Assembly (NCBI GenBank): GCA_964556545.1
Contig: CAZKWE010000053.1
Span: 1 to 59,725 of the forward strand
Direction: 5' to 3'
DNA from: an uncultured Campylobacteraceae bacterium
Lineage (GTDB): Bacteria; Campylobacterota; Campylobacteria; Campylobacterales; JALSKU01
Length of the DNA: 59,725 nt
The notes beneath the pieces were generated by a model. It was not told the DNA's origin. It made no database searches and was given only the letters and a program-made list of their open reading frames with translations. The position numbers and the translations under genes were made by a program. Below are positions 46,314 through 56,834 of the stretch, piece after piece (positions within the stretch are counted from its first letter, which is position 1; the number at the start of each line of letters is the position of its first letter).

Positions 46314-47614
46314 TTTTCATCCTTTAAAATTATCATAGTGGAATTTTTACTGTTAAAGTATTTGTTGGCTACAGTTTTTATTTTGTCAAGTGTTAAATTG
46401 TTTATATTTTTTTCATACTCAAGCAACGGTTTTATATCTCCTCTTGCAAAGTAACTACCATAAAGATTTGCTACCCCCGAGGAACTTTCAAGCGAATAGA
46501 TAAAATCAGCTTTTGTATTTGTTTTAATTTTTTTCAACTCTTTTTTTGTAACTTTGCCATCTTTTATCTTTTGTATCTCTTTTAATATCTCTTTTTGTAC
46601 GACTTCGCCCTTTATACCGGGATTGCAAACTGCCATAATGATAAAAAGTCCGGGATATCTCTGTTCCATATTGTATGCAAATATTTGGTTGACCAATCTT
46701 TTTTTATCTACAATGTTTTTTACAAGTCTGCTGCTTTTTCCTCTGCTTAAGAGTTCGCCGATAGCTGAAAGTGCAACCTGGTCTTTGTCTTTAAAATCAG
46801 GAATATGGTATGCGATTGCGACCATTTCTACCTGAGTTTTTTTATGAACAATGATATTTTTTTGACCGTCTTGAGGAGGTTCGACCTGATGAGACCTTCT
46901 TATCCTGCTACTGTTTTTAATAGAGCCGAAATATTTTTCACTCTCTTTAAAAACCTTCTTAGGCTCTATATCTCCGGCGACAATAATGATGGCATTTTTA
47001 GGTTGGTAGAACATTTTGTGAAATGCTCTTATATCATTAATATTCCAATTTTTTATATCATCTATAAAACCGATAGGTGTCCAGTGATATGAGTTGTAAA
47101 GATAGGCATTGTTAAAGAGTCTAAAGTAAAGATATCCCATAGGAGAGTTATCCGTTCGCCAGTATCTTTCTTCAAGCACCACTTTTCTTTCTGTTTGAAA
47201 TTCATCATCTTTTAAGTTCAGATTTGCCATAAGTTCTGCAAAAAGTTTTAATGATTTTTCAAGATTTTTGGAACTGCTTTTTATAAAATAGTGTGTAAAA
47301 TCAAATCCTGTAGAAGCATTGTTAACTCCGCCATATCCTTTTACAATTTTATCAAATTCACCTGCTTTTAAATGTTTTGTTGATTTAAAATTCATATGTT
47401 CAAGCATATGAGCTATGCCGCTTTTGCCCATGATTTCATCACCGCTTCCAACCTTATAGTAAATATCGGTTGTTATAACATTTGAACCTTTATTTAGCGG
47501 TATGGTGACGATTTCAAGACCATTTTTAAGTATTTTTGTATAATATTTCGGAAGAGTACTTCCCATTAAAACTCCTATAGTTGAGATTGTTAGTAAGATA
47601 GTTTTTAAGATCAA
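46310..47614 (-). CDS. M16 family zinc peptidase (exported)
   Basis: Inverted zinc motif HMLEH, NASTGFDFT, ERKVVLEER and an N-terminal signal peptide. Confidence 0.93.
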   Translation of the reverse strand: MILKTILLTISTIGVLMGSTLPKYYTKILKNGLEIVTIPLNKGSNVITTDIYYKVGSGDEIMGKSGIAHMLEHMNFKSTKHLKAGEFDKIVKGYGGVNNASTGFDFTHYFIKSSSKNLEKSLKLFAELMANLNLKDDEFQTERKVVLEERYWRTDNSPMGYLYFRLFNNAYLYNSYHWTPIGFIDDIKNWNINDIRAFHKMFYQPKNAIIIVAGDIEPKKVFKESEKYFGSIKNSSRIRRSHQVEPPQDGQKNIIVHKKTQVEMVAIAYHIPDFKDKDQVALSAIGELLSRGKSSRLVKNIVDKKRLVNQIFAYNMEQRYPGLFIIMAVCNPGIKGEVVQKEILKEIQKIKDGKVTKKELKKIKTNTKADFIYSLESSSGVANLYGSYFARGDIKPLLEYEKNINNLTLDKIKTVANKYFNSKNSTMIILKDEK

Positions 47615-48687
47615 TGTTTTTGCTCCTTTAAATCCGCACCGACAGCCTCACTTATATGAGAGTATCCGTCCCCTTTTAACTTTTCAATAATACCTTTGTT
47701 TATATCTTCTACAATTTTTGGTCCCTGAAAAATAAACGAACTGTATATTTGCACCAGCGATGCTCCTGCTCGGATTCTTTTGTAAGCTTCATCAGCACTT
47801 CCTATACCTCCGGCACTAATGAGTGTAATTTTACCAAACAGTTCTTGTGATAGACTTTTAAAAAAGTTATAACTTTTATCTTTTAAAATATCACCGCTTA
47901 TACCTCCGAAATCTTTTGCATCTGGCAATAAAGAGTAATCTGTGGTGGTATTGGTTGCTATGATACCTTTTGCACCATGATTTAAGGCAACAGTTGAAAT
48001 GGATACGGCTTGTTCGATATCCATATCGGGAGCAATTTTGAGAAAAATAGGCTTATTTGTCTTTTTTAAAGCTATATCAAACAAACTTTTTATAAAGTCC
48101 TCATTTTGTAAATCTCTTAAGCCTTTCGTATTTGGTGAAGAGATATTTACAACAAGATAATCGGATAAATCTTTAAAATTATCAATCAAAACAGCATAAT
48201 CATCTATGGCATTTTTTAAAGGAGTGACTTTGTTTTTTCCTATATTGGCACCTAACGGAATTGCATAAGGATACAGTTTAGCTACTCTTTTGGATATAAT
48301 TTCCATACCGTCATTGTTGAAACCCATAGCATTTTGCAATGAGTTAAATTTGGGATATCTAAAAAGTCTAGGTTTTGGATTGCCGCTTTGAGGCTTTGGC
48401 GTGAGCGTGCCATACTCTATGTGACCAAAACCGAGAGCATTCAATGTTTTTATCATAGTAGCATTTTTATCAAATCCTGCAGCCAGTCCGACGGGATTTA
48501 AAAAATCCATACCCAAAATATTCTGTCTTATACTTTTATCTGTTATAAAATGTTTTTTGGCATAAGAAGACAAAGCAAACGGGCAGATATAAGGAGCATA
48601 TTTAAAAGCAAATTCTGCAATGTTGTGAGCATTTTCAGGCTGAAATTTAAACATAATCTTTTTTAAATCCTGATAATCAATCATCAA
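47611..48687 (-). CDS. pyrD: Quinone-dependent dihydroorotate dehydrogenase
   Basis: NPVGLAAGFDKN, GNPKPRLFR, NISSPNT, LKIAPD and GGISG. Confidence 0.97.
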   Translation of the reverse strand: MMIDYQDLKKIMFKFQPENAHNIAEFAFKYAPYICPFALSSYAKKHFITDKSIRQNILGMDFLNPVGLAAGFDKNATMIKTLNALGFGHIEYGTLTPKPQSGNPKPRLFRYPKFNSLQNAMGFNNDGMEIISKRVAKLYPYAIPLGANIGKNKVTPLKNAIDDYAVLIDNFKDLSDYLVVNISSPNTKGLRDLQNEDFIKSLFDIALKKTNKPIFLKIAPDMDIEQAVSISTVALNHGAKGIIATNTTTDYSLLPDAKDFGGISGDILKDKSYNFFKSLSQELFGKITLISAGGIGSADEAYKRIRAGASLVQIYSSFIFQGPKIVEDINKGIIEKLKGDGYSHISEAVGADLKEQKH

Positions 48688-48786
48688 TAACCTTTTAATT
48701 TATTGGAGGTATTCTAAATAGATTATACAAAATATTCCCTTAAGGAGCGGTATAATATAATCTTTAAAAAATTAATCGGATAAGAG

Positions 48787-49065
48787 ATGATACAAGTATT
48801 GGTGATTTTATTTGCAATATATTTGATATTTGTTATTTATCTTGAGTATTTAGTTTCAAAACTATATAAAAAACTATGTAAAGAGCCGAAAACAGGTTTG
48901 AAAATGTTTTTTATAGGTTATAGAAAAAAGATAAATTGCATAGAAGAACTTAAAGAAAATCATATAGAAGTAGAAAAAGCACTTTCTGTTGACAGAATTA
49001 TAAAAAAATTATCACTTTTGATGATGGTTATGGTGTTGATTTTGATAATAACACAAAAATTTTAG
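48787..49065 (+). CDS. Small hypothetical membrane protein
   Basis: Two terminal hydrophobic helices. TATAAT at 48751 and a GAG RBS upstream. Fills the gap between pyrD and the cytochrome gene. Confidence 0.55.
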   Translation: MIQVLVILFAIYLIFVIYLEYLVSKLYKKLCKEPKTGLKMFFIGYRKKINCIEELKENHIEVEKALSVDRIIKKLSLLMMVMVLILIITQKF

Positions 49066-49091
49066 AGGTATTCGTAATTTTATGTTTTTGT

Positions 49092-49427
49092 TTAAAATTT
49101 TCTTTCAAATAAATATTTTCCGATTCCTCTTAGGGTGTCTTTGTCCATACCAAGTTCAGGCATAAGCCCATAATAATTTACAGCTTTTGGGAAGAGTGAG
49201 AATTTTTTGTTTGGAGAAAATACCCAGTTTGAAAGAGCATTTACAAACTCTTTTTCTTTAGGATATTTGTTTTTGTATTTTTGTACAATTTCCGTTATCA
49301 GCGGAGCGGATGAACGATCTTTTAAAGTGTGACAAGAACCGCAGTTTCCGTCAAATATGGTTTCATTTATGTCCGCTCCCATTAAAATACCATAGGTAAA
49401 AAAACAACCTATAACTACTTTTCCCAT
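49092..49427 (-). CDS. Monoheme c-type cytochrome
   Basis: CGSCH heme motif after a signal-like N-terminus, AP after the motif, and a distal GLMP axial Met. Confidence 0.85.
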   Translation of the reverse strand: MGKVVIGCFFTYGILMGADINETIFDGNCGSCHTLKDRSSAPLITEIVQKYKNKYPKEKEFVNALSNWVFSPNKKFSLFPKAVNYYGLMPELGMDKDTLRGIGKYLFERKF

Positions 49428-50806
49428 TTTGTTCCTTTAATTGTATCCATAATCTTTATACCCATTGAAAGAAGTTCTTCTCTTATTTTGTCTGCGACTT
49501 TGTAATTTTTTTCTTTTTTTGCTTCGTTTCTTTTATTTATAAGATTTTCAATCAACTTTTTTTCTTCTTTTGTGACTCCTATTTGAAAATATTCAAAACT
49601 GTCTTTGCTTCCGATACCGAGAACTTTTGATATAAATTCCAAATTTGCCGCCAATTCTTTTTTTAAAGTTTTATCTTTCGCATTAGCATCAAGTTTTTCA
49701 TTTGCCTTGTTTATCATATCTTCTATGATACTCAATGCTTTGGAAATATTAAGATCATCACTCAATGCTTCAAGCAGTTTGTTTTTAAACTCTTTGCCTG
49801 TTTTTGAAATTTCGCAAGGATATATTCTTTTTTTTAGTCTGTATATTTTATCAAGTCTTTTTTTGGATACCAAAAGGTCTTCTTCATTAAAATTAAAATT
49901 TTGTCTATAATGAGTTGAAAGAAGATAAAATCTCAATATTTCTCCATCATAAACTTTCAGAGCATCTTTTATAAAAAAACTATTTCCCAAAGATTTGCTC
50001 ATTTTTTCACCGTTTATGTTGACAAAACTGTTGTGTATCCAGTATTTTGCAAGTTTTTGATGAAAAGAGCATCTTGTCTGTGCTGCTTCATTTTCATGGT
50101 GTGGAAAAAGAAGATCAGCACCCCCACCGTGTATATCTATCTGATATTCGCCTTCGCCTGCAATATGTTTTTTTATCATAGCCGAACACTCTATATGCCA
50201 TCCCGGACGACCATCTCCAAAAGGAGCATCAAAACTCGGCTCTGCGATTTTTGAAAATTTCCACAAAGCAAAATCTTTTTGATCTTTTTTGCCTATATGG
50301 CATTCAACTCTGTTTTGCAGATTTTTATCTTCGTATCTACCGCTTAATGATAGATATTTGTCATCTTTGGAGGTGTCAAAATATATACCGTCTTCAAGCC
50401 TGTATGCACAGCCGTTTTGCAACAGAGTATCGGTCATGGATATGATCTCTTTTAATGTCTGTGTAGCTTTTGGTTCTATATCTGCATCAAGTACATTTAA
50501 TGCATGCATATCTTCTTTGTATCTTTTTATATAATGGGTTGTTATATCTTTTAAAGAAGAGTTGGTTTCTTGCATTTTTTTAATGATTTTATCATCAATA
50601 TCTGTAAAATTTTTAACAAAAATAACTTTATACCCAAGTTCAACCAAAACTCTTCTAAGCAGATCAAATACTATCGAACTTCTTGCATGTCCCAAGTGTG
50701 CGTCATCATAGACTGTGGGACCGCAAACATATATAGAAACTCTATCCTTGTTTACAGGTTCAAATAAAACTTTTTTTTTCAAATGCGAATCATATATATA
50801 CATCAA
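49415..50806 (-). CDS. cysS: Cysteine--tRNA ligase
   Basis: YVCGPTVYD..HLGH, DFALWK, GRPGWHIECSAM, HHENE and KMSKS. Confidence 0.99.
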   Translation of the reverse strand: MMYIYDSHLKKKVLFEPVNKDRVSIYVCGPTVYDDAHLGHARSSIVFDLLRRVLVELGYKVIFVKNFTDIDDKIIKKMQETNSSLKDITTHYIKRYKEDMHALNVLDADIEPKATQTLKEIISMTDTLLQNGCAYRLEDGIYFDTSKDDKYLSLSGRYEDKNLQNRVECHIGKKDQKDFALWKFSKIAEPSFDAPFGDGRPGWHIECSAMIKKHIAGEGEYQIDIHGGGADLLFPHHENEAAQTRCSFHQKLAKYWIHNSFVNINGEKMSKSLGNSFFIKDALKVYDGEILRFYLLSTHYRQNFNFNEEDLLVSKKRLDKIYRLKKRIYPCEISKTGKEFKNKLLEALSDDLNISKALSIIEDMINKANEKLDANAKDKTLKKELAANLEFISKVLGIGSKDSFEYFQIGVTKEEKKLIENLINKRNEAKKEKNYKVADKIREELLSMGIKIMDTIKGTKWEK

Positions 50807-52193
50807 TAAAATCCTTAAAAAATATCAAGATAATTACTTCAAATATCAAAGACAATACAAGATATATCAATTTTTTATCTCGAATTATATCTAAAAAATT
50901 TTTCAATCCAAACTCTTTGATAGTTAAAAAAAAGAGAACAAATCCTGCAAGTGAACCTGCAAGTGCAAGTCCGGCAGCCTTAAACGGAATAATCAAAGCC
51001 AATGAAAACACTATGTTTGTCCCCAGTGCCATAGATGCTATTTTGGCTGCTGTTTTTTGTTTATGCAAAGAGTATAGCCATAAAGAAAATATTTTGGATA
51101 ACCCATAAGGCAGCAATCCTATCATATACATACTTAAAACTATAGCACTTTTGGCTGTATCGTCCGTATTGAATGCTCCTCTTTGAAAAAGCAGCCATAT
51201 AATTTCTTTTGACAATATAATTCCGCCTATGGTAGAAAAACCAAGCAAATATACCAAAAACCAAAAACTTTTTTTGATAATCCGATGGGCATTTTTCGTA
51301 TCATCATTTTTTATATATTTTGCAACTCTTGGAAAGATGGCTACTGAAACGGCAATAGCAAAAAGAGCCAAGGGAAGCTGAAAAATTCTGTTTGCATAAT
51401 AAAGATAACTTATCGCACCACTATATAAAAAAGTAGCTAAAAAAGTATCCAAAAAAGCTGCTATTTGGGCTGTTGAATTTCCTAAAATCCCATGAAAAAA
51501 CAGTTTATAGAAATTATCCAATTCCTTTTTGTTACTTCTGTTTTTTTTGATTGCTTCAATACCGTAAACAAATATCTTCATAAGACCTAATTTCTTAATA
51601 GCTACAATGTGAGTAAAAAGCTGTAAAATACCTCCTGCAACAACCGCATAACTCATATAGTAAACGATAATTTTGGCAGAAAGTCCTCTGGAATAGAGCA
51701 GGGCAAATATAAGAGATATGTTTAAAAGAGCAGTAGAAAAAGCAGTAGTTGCAAAATGATTTTTATATTGAAGCAGGGTTGATAAAAATGTAACACAAAA
51801 GATAAGCAAAAGATAGTAAAAATTAATTGCCACCAAAGGAGCGGCTTGTTTTATCATATTTTGATTAAAACCGTAAGCTATAAGTTTGGTAAAAAATGTA
51901 TCAAATAAAGTTACAAACAGAGACAATATCAATATAATGAAAAAAAATCTTATAAAAATTGATGTAGCAAAATATAATTTATGTTTTGAATTTGTAAAAG
52001 CAGGCAGAAAGCTTTGCGTAAAAGCACCTTCGGCAAAAATTCTTCTAAAAAGATTTGGCAGTTTAAAAGCTACAAAAAACATATCGCTATATATATTTGC
52101 CCCAAGTACGGAAGCCGTCAAAAGGTCTCTTGCAAAGCCAAAAATCCTAGAAATCAGTATACCGAAACTATTTGTAAAAATTGACTTAAACAC
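50790..52193 (-). CDS. murJ: Lipid II flippase MurJ (MviN), GTG start
   Basis: SRIFGFARD, AFKLPNLFRRIFAEG and YYANRIFQLPLALF. Confidence 0.97.
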   Translation of the reverse strand: MFKSIFTNSFGILISRIFGFARDLLTASVLGANIYSDMFFVAFKLPNLFRRIFAEGAFTQSFLPAFTNSKHKLYFATSIFIRFFFIILILSLFVTLFDTFFTKLIAYGFNQNMIKQAAPLVAINFYYLLLIFCVTFLSTLLQYKNHFATTAFSTALLNISLIFALLYSRGLSAKIIVYYMSYAVVAGGILQLFTHIVAIKKLGLMKIFVYGIEAIKKNRSNKKELDNFYKLFFHGILGNSTAQIAAFLDTFLATFLYSGAISYLYYANRIFQLPLALFAIAVSVAIFPRVAKYIKNDDTKNAHRIIKKSFWFLVYLLGFSTIGGIILSKEIIWLLFQRGAFNTDDTAKSAIVLSMYMIGLLPYGLSKIFSLWLYSLHKQKTAAKIASMALGTNIVFSLALIIPFKAAGLALAGSLAGFVLFFLTIKEFGLKNFLDIIRDKKLIYLVLSLIFEVIILIFFKDFIDVYI

Positions 52194-52320
52194 AATGGAT
52201 AAACTCTCTTTTTATGTGTATTTTAACACAGATATACTTATGTTTAACTCAACTTTCAATAATTTTAGACTATAATAAATCCCTTGTAAAATATAAAAAT
52301 ATAAAAAGAAAGGTGTTGAT

Positions 52321-54228
52321 TTGGCTTTTTTTGGTAAAAATAAAGATGAAAACGAAACTTATAGTGATGAGGTAAACTTTCAAAATATTATAATTGATAC
52401 TGAAAATATCAATCAAGAATTAAAAAATATATCCTCTTCTTTGAATATACCTTCAAATCAACTTGATTTTACCATTCTTTCTTTTAAGAGTGTTTTTAAA
52501 ACACATAAAGATGACGAATGGATGGAAATAAACAAATCAAACATAGAACAGTTCAAAGATGAAGATTTTCTTTTAAATGAAGAATTGCAGATAAAACAGC
52601 AATATAAAATAGAAATATTTTTAAAAGACGAAGAAAGCATGCCTTTGCTTGATATTATACTCGGAGGCAATAAATTCCTTACAAAGATTGTTGCTACGGT
52701 AAAGAAAAATTTCGATATAAAATACAGCAGTAAACTAAAAGAGTATATAGTTTCACAAATCAACAAAAGACTTATAAAACAATCAATGCTTATCTCTATA
52801 TTTCAAAGTGAAATGGAAAAAGAGGTTGAAAAGATAGTGGCAAAGATAAGAATTAACAACTTTTTGGATGAAGATCATACATTTGTTGTTTGTAACTGTA
52901 TAGAGCCTATAGCTGCGATAAATGACAAGCTTATTTTTCATTATAAAAAAAATGTCAATAAAAAAGATGAACACGGAAGAATTGATTATTCAAGAAGAGG
53001 ATATATTCATGCAGTCCAAAAGGGCGATATCATTATAGAATATATAAAAGCAAAAGAGGGAAGAAACGGCAGAAACTGCAAAGGCGAACTTTTAAAAGTG
53101 AAAGAGCCTGTGCAAAAATACTCTATTGATTTTAGCGTCAGTGAAAATATAGAAAAGAAAGAGGATGAAAACAGGATAATTTTTGTTGCAAAAAAAGATG
53201 GATATGTAAATAAAGAAGGTGACAAATACGATATCAATGACAATATGGAAATTGAAGAGGTATCCTTTAAAACAACCGGTTCCATAGAAGCAAATCTTGA
53301 ATCAAATGTTAAAATCAATATAAAAGAAAGTGATGTGCTAAAAGATGCCATAGGTCCCGGAATGAGTGTAGAAACTACTGAAATAATAGTGGAGGGCAAT
53401 ATAGGAAGCGGGGCGGTAGTCAAAGCAAAAAAGGTACAAATAGGCGGACAAACTCACAAGAATGCTTCTATATTTGCAGATGAGCTTGATATCAGTGTTC
53501 ACAGAGGATATGCTGAAGGCAAAGATATCAATATCAAAAGACTCGAAGGCGGAAGAGTCAATGCAAAAACTGTAAAAATAGACCAAGCAATAGGCGGAGA
53601 AGTTATAGCAGAAAGAATTTTTATCAAACAATTGGTTTCAAATGTAACTTTGATTGCATCGGAAATTATAGAAATATCCGAATTAAAAGGAACAAACAAT
53701 AAGTTTGTAATAGACCCTACAAGAGTATTGGGTTTTCATGAAAAAATTGATCAGTTGGAAGAAAAGTTAAAAAAGATAGAATCTGTTATAAATATAACTA
53801 AAAAAGCTATAAGAGATAAAAAACTTTTGATTGACAAAAACAAAGAACCAGCCCAACTTGTTAAACAGAAAATTATCGAGCTTAAACAATCCGGTCAAGA
53901 ACCGGCCAAAACACTTATGAAGAAAATCAGAGATTTTCAGCAATTAATTACTGCTTACAATGCACTGCTTGAAAAATATAAAAAATACAAGAATGAAAGA
54001 GAAAGTATAAAAAAAGAGATAGAAGATATACAATCTACCATACTTAAAGCCAAGATTATCAACCGCTCAATTTGGCATGAGTATAATGAGATAAAATTTA
54101 TTTTGCTTTCACCAAAAATTGAGATAACTCATGTGACTAAAGAGGGAGAGATATCAAAAAGTATTACACTCTCTAAAATTGAAGAGAATGAATTTCAAAT
54201 CAATAGAAAAAGCGAGTTTGATATATGA
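52321..54228 (+). CDS. fapA: Flagellar assembly protein A (FapA/DUF342), TTG start
   Basis: GRIDYSRRG, GRNCKG, beta-helix-like IIVEGNIGSGAVVKA..IGGQTH and a C-terminal coiled coil. Confidence 0.8.
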   Translation: MAFFGKNKDENETYSDEVNFQNIIIDTENINQELKNISSSLNIPSNQLDFTILSFKSVFKTHKDDEWMEINKSNIEQFKDEDFLLNEELQIKQQYKIEIFLKDEESMPLLDIILGGNKFLTKIVATVKKNFDIKYSSKLKEYIVSQINKRLIKQSMLISIFQSEMEKEVEKIVAKIRINNFLDEDHTFVVCNCIEPIAAINDKLIFHYKKNVNKKDEHGRIDYSRRGYIHAVQKGDIIIEYIKAKEGRNGRNCKGELLKVKEPVQKYSIDFSVSENIEKKEDENRIIFVAKKDGYVNKEGDKYDINDNMEIEEVSFKTTGSIEANLESNVKINIKESDVLKDAIGPGMSVETTEIIVEGNIGSGAVVKAKKVQIGGQTHKNASIFADELDISVHRGYAEGKDINIKRLEGGRVNAKTVKIDQAIGGEVIAERIFIKQLVSNVTLIASEIIEISELKGTNNKFVIDPTRVLGFHEKIDQLEEKLKKIESVINITKKAIRDKKLLIDKNKEPAQLVKQKIIELKQSGQEPAKTLMKKIRDFQQLITAYNALLEKYKKYKNERESIKKEIEDIQSTILKAKIINRSIWHEYNEIKFILLSPKIEITHVTKEGEISKSITLSKIEENEFQINRKSEFDI

Positions 54229-54779
54229 TTGTGGGAATCGAAGGAGAAGTAATCAAAAAAGAGCCTACACTTTTATATATAAAGACTTATGGCATAACAA
54301 GAGATGTCCATATTTCTTTAAATTGTAGTTCTAAGTTGGAAAAAGAAAAAATTGTATCTTTATATATAACCCAGATTATAAAAGAAGATAGTGATAACTT
54401 ATATGGTTTTTTGGATTTGGATGAAAAATTTATATTTGATAGAGTTATCAAAATCAATGGTGTAGGACCAAGTACCGCTATGGCAATCTGCTCTACTTTT
54501 ACACCTTCTGCTTTTGCAAAAGCAGTAGCAACAAATGATATAAATAGCATCAAAATGGTCCCGGGAATAGGTCCTAAAAGTGCAAAAAGAATACTTGTTG
54601 AACTCGGCGACTTTGCATTGGATACCGTAATTACACCAAAAAATAAAAGTTTTAACGAAGCTTTGCAAGCTTTGGAAAGTTTAGGTTTTAACAAAGAAAA
54701 AGTTAAGAAGATTTTACATGAGTGTAAAAGCGACGATACTGCCTCTCTTATTAAAGAGGCACTTAAAAAATTAAGCTAA
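54225..54779 (+). CDS. ruvA: Holliday junction branch migration protein RuvA
   Basis: MIVGIEG, LYGF, INGVGPSTA, VPGIGPKSAKRI and ALESLGF. Confidence 0.97.
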   Translation: MIVGIEGEVIKKEPTLLYIKTYGITRDVHISLNCSSKLEKEKIVSLYITQIIKEDSDNLYGFLDLDEKFIFDRVIKINGVGPSTAMAICSTFTPSAFAKAVATNDINSIKMVPGIGPKSAKRILVELGDFALDTVITPKNKSFNEALQALESLGFNKEKVKKILHECKSDDTASLIKEALKKLS

Positions 54780-54790
54780 GGATATCAAAT

Positions 54791-55825
54791 TTGAACAGTT
54801 TTGCTATATTGTTTGGCGGAGTAAGTTATGAGCATGAGATCAGTATAGTTAGCGCAATAACACTAAAAAAAGTTATCGGGCAAAATACGGTTTTTATATT
54901 TTGTGATGCAAACAGAGAGTTTTATCTTGTTGATGCAAAAGATATGAAAGCCTCGTATTTTAGTAGCGATAGATATAAAAAATGTGACAAGCTTTCTTTG
55001 CAACAAGGAGGATTTTATAAAAAAACACTTTTTCAAGAAAAAAAGATAGAGTTTCAAACGATGATCAATCTTATCCATGGTAAAGAAGGAGAAGATGGTA
55101 CAATTTCCTCTTTGCTTGATTTTTTTGGTATCGAATATATCGGCCCAAGGATTGAAGGCAGTGTAATAAGCTACAATAAAGAATTTACAAAACTATATGC
55201 ACTATCGAGAAATATTGAAGTTTTGGATTATGAAGTATTAAAAAATACTGATGTAAGAAAATGTTCATTTGATTATCCTGTCATTGTAAAACCATTGCGA
55301 CTTGGAAGCTCAATCGGGTTAAGCATAGCAAAAAATGAAAAAGAGTTTGATTATGCTTTGGATGTGGCTTATGAGTTTGATGATACTGTTTTGATAGAGC
55401 CTTTTTATGACGGTATCAAAGAGTATAATCTCGCCGGAGCAAAAACAAAAGACGGATATATATTTTCTTTTATCGAAGAACCGTTAAAACAATCCATTCT
55501 TGATTTTGATAAAAAATATTTGGATTTTTCCAGAAGTGAAGGTGTAAATAAGGCAAAAATATCAAAAGATTTGCAAATTTTTATGGAAGAATCTTTTAAA
55601 AAGCTTTATAGCAATATATTTGAAGGGGCTATTGTAAGGTGTGATTTTTTTGTAAAAGATGATAAGTTGTATATAAATGAGATAAATCCGGTTCCGGGAA
55701 GCCTTGCAAACTATCTTTTTGATAATTTCAATGAAGTAATATCCGATATATATCTGCCGAAAAACAGAATTGTACCTATAGAATATCGCTATATAAACTC
55801 TATAAATGCCGCAAAAGGAAAATAA
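54791..55825 (+). CDS. ddl: D-alanine--D-alanine ligase (TTG start)
   Basis: FGGVSYEHEISIVSA, HGKEGEDG, KPLRLGSSIG and NEINPVPGS. Confidence 0.96.
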   Translation: MNSFAILFGGVSYEHEISIVSAITLKKVIGQNTVFIFCDANREFYLVDAKDMKASYFSSDRYKKCDKLSLQQGGFYKKTLFQEKKIEFQTMINLIHGKEGEDGTISSLLDFFGIEYIGPRIEGSVISYNKEFTKLYALSRNIEVLDYEVLKNTDVRKCSFDYPVIVKPLRLGSSIGLSIAKNEKEFDYALDVAYEFDDTVLIEPFYDGIKEYNLAGAKTKDGYIFSFIEEPLKQSILDFDKKYLDFSRSEGVNKAKISKDLQIFMEESFKKLYSNIFEGAIVRCDFFVKDDKLYINEINPVPGSLANYLFDNFNEVISDIYLPKNRIVPIEYRYINSINAAKGK

Positions 55826-55878
55826 TATGATATAATACATAAAATTTTATGTATTATTTTATGTAAAGGCTGAAAAAT

Positions 55879-56100
55879 ATGGCGATTTTTAATAGTAATG
55901 AAATATACACGGCTACCGAAGTGGTGAGAAATTTTAGCTCAATCCTAAAAAGTATAAAATCCAAAGAGAAAAAAAGAGTATTTATAGTCAAAAATAATAA
56001 ATTTGAAGCAGTTATGCTAAATATGGATGAATATGAAAAGTTAAATGATGCTTTTAATTTGCTTCAAGAGCTTTATAGAAAACAAAAAATACAAAACTAA
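55879..56100 (+). CDS. Phd/YefM antitoxin-like protein
   Basis: TATEVVRNFS..IVKNNKFEAVML..EYE pattern. Confidence 0.75.
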   Translation: MAIFNSNEIYTATEVVRNFSSILKSIKSKEKKRVFIVKNNKFEAVMLNMDEYEKLNDAFNLLQELYRKQKIQN

Positions 56101-56111
56101 AGACATAGATA

Positions 56112-56834
56112 ATGGCCATAAAAAATATAACTTACAAAGATACTGTTTTTGTAATATCTTATGAAATTTTAAATCGGGACAAAACCGAAGATATAATTTT
56201 TTTGCACGGGTGGGGAAGCAATAAAGAGTTAATGAAGAGAGCTTTTGGTAAATATTTTAGTAATTTTAGACATATTTATATTGATATGCCGGGCTTTGGT
56301 AAAAGTTCAAACGATATGATTTTGGATACATTTGCATATAAAGAATTAATGGATAAATTTTTAAAAAGTATTTCATCGCACAACTATGTTGTGGTTGGCC
56401 ACTCATTTGGCGGAAAAGTGGCGGTTTTGCTAAATCCAAAAAAACTTATACTTTTAAGCAGTGCCGGAATTAGAGTAAAAAAACCGTTGAAAGTAAGAGC
56501 CAAGATAATACTGTTTAAAAGTGTTAAATTTATTGGTTTTGGCAAACTGTATAAATTTTTTATATCGAAGGATGTAAAGGGGATGAGCCAAAATATGTAT
56601 GATACATTCAAAAATGTGGTTGATGAAGATTTTAGTGATTATTTTAAAAACTTTTTGAATGAAGCTTTGATTCTTTGGGGAAAAGATGACAAAGCTACAC
56701 CTCTTTCAAGCGGTATCAAGATAAAATCACTCATAAAGAAAAGCAAATTTTACCAGTTTGAGGGAGATCACTACTTTTTTTTAAAAAAAGCTAAAGAAGT
56801 GGAACAAAAAATTACAAATTTTATTGAGGTTTAA
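56112..56834 (+). CDS. Alpha/beta-fold hydrolase
   Basis: LHGWGS, DMPGFG, nucleophile GHSFGG, WGKDD and GDHYF. Confidence 0.92.
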   Translation: MAIKNITYKDTVFVISYEILNRDKTEDIIFLHGWGSNKELMKRAFGKYFSNFRHIYIDMPGFGKSSNDMILDTFAYKELMDKFLKSISSHNYVVVGHSFGGKVAVLLNPKKLILLSSAGIRVKKPLKVRAKIILFKSVKFIGFGKLYKFFISKDVKGMSQNMYDTFKNVVDEDFSDYFKNFLNEALILWGKDDKATPLSSGIKIKSLIKKSKFYQFEGDHYFFLKKAKEVEQKITNFIEV

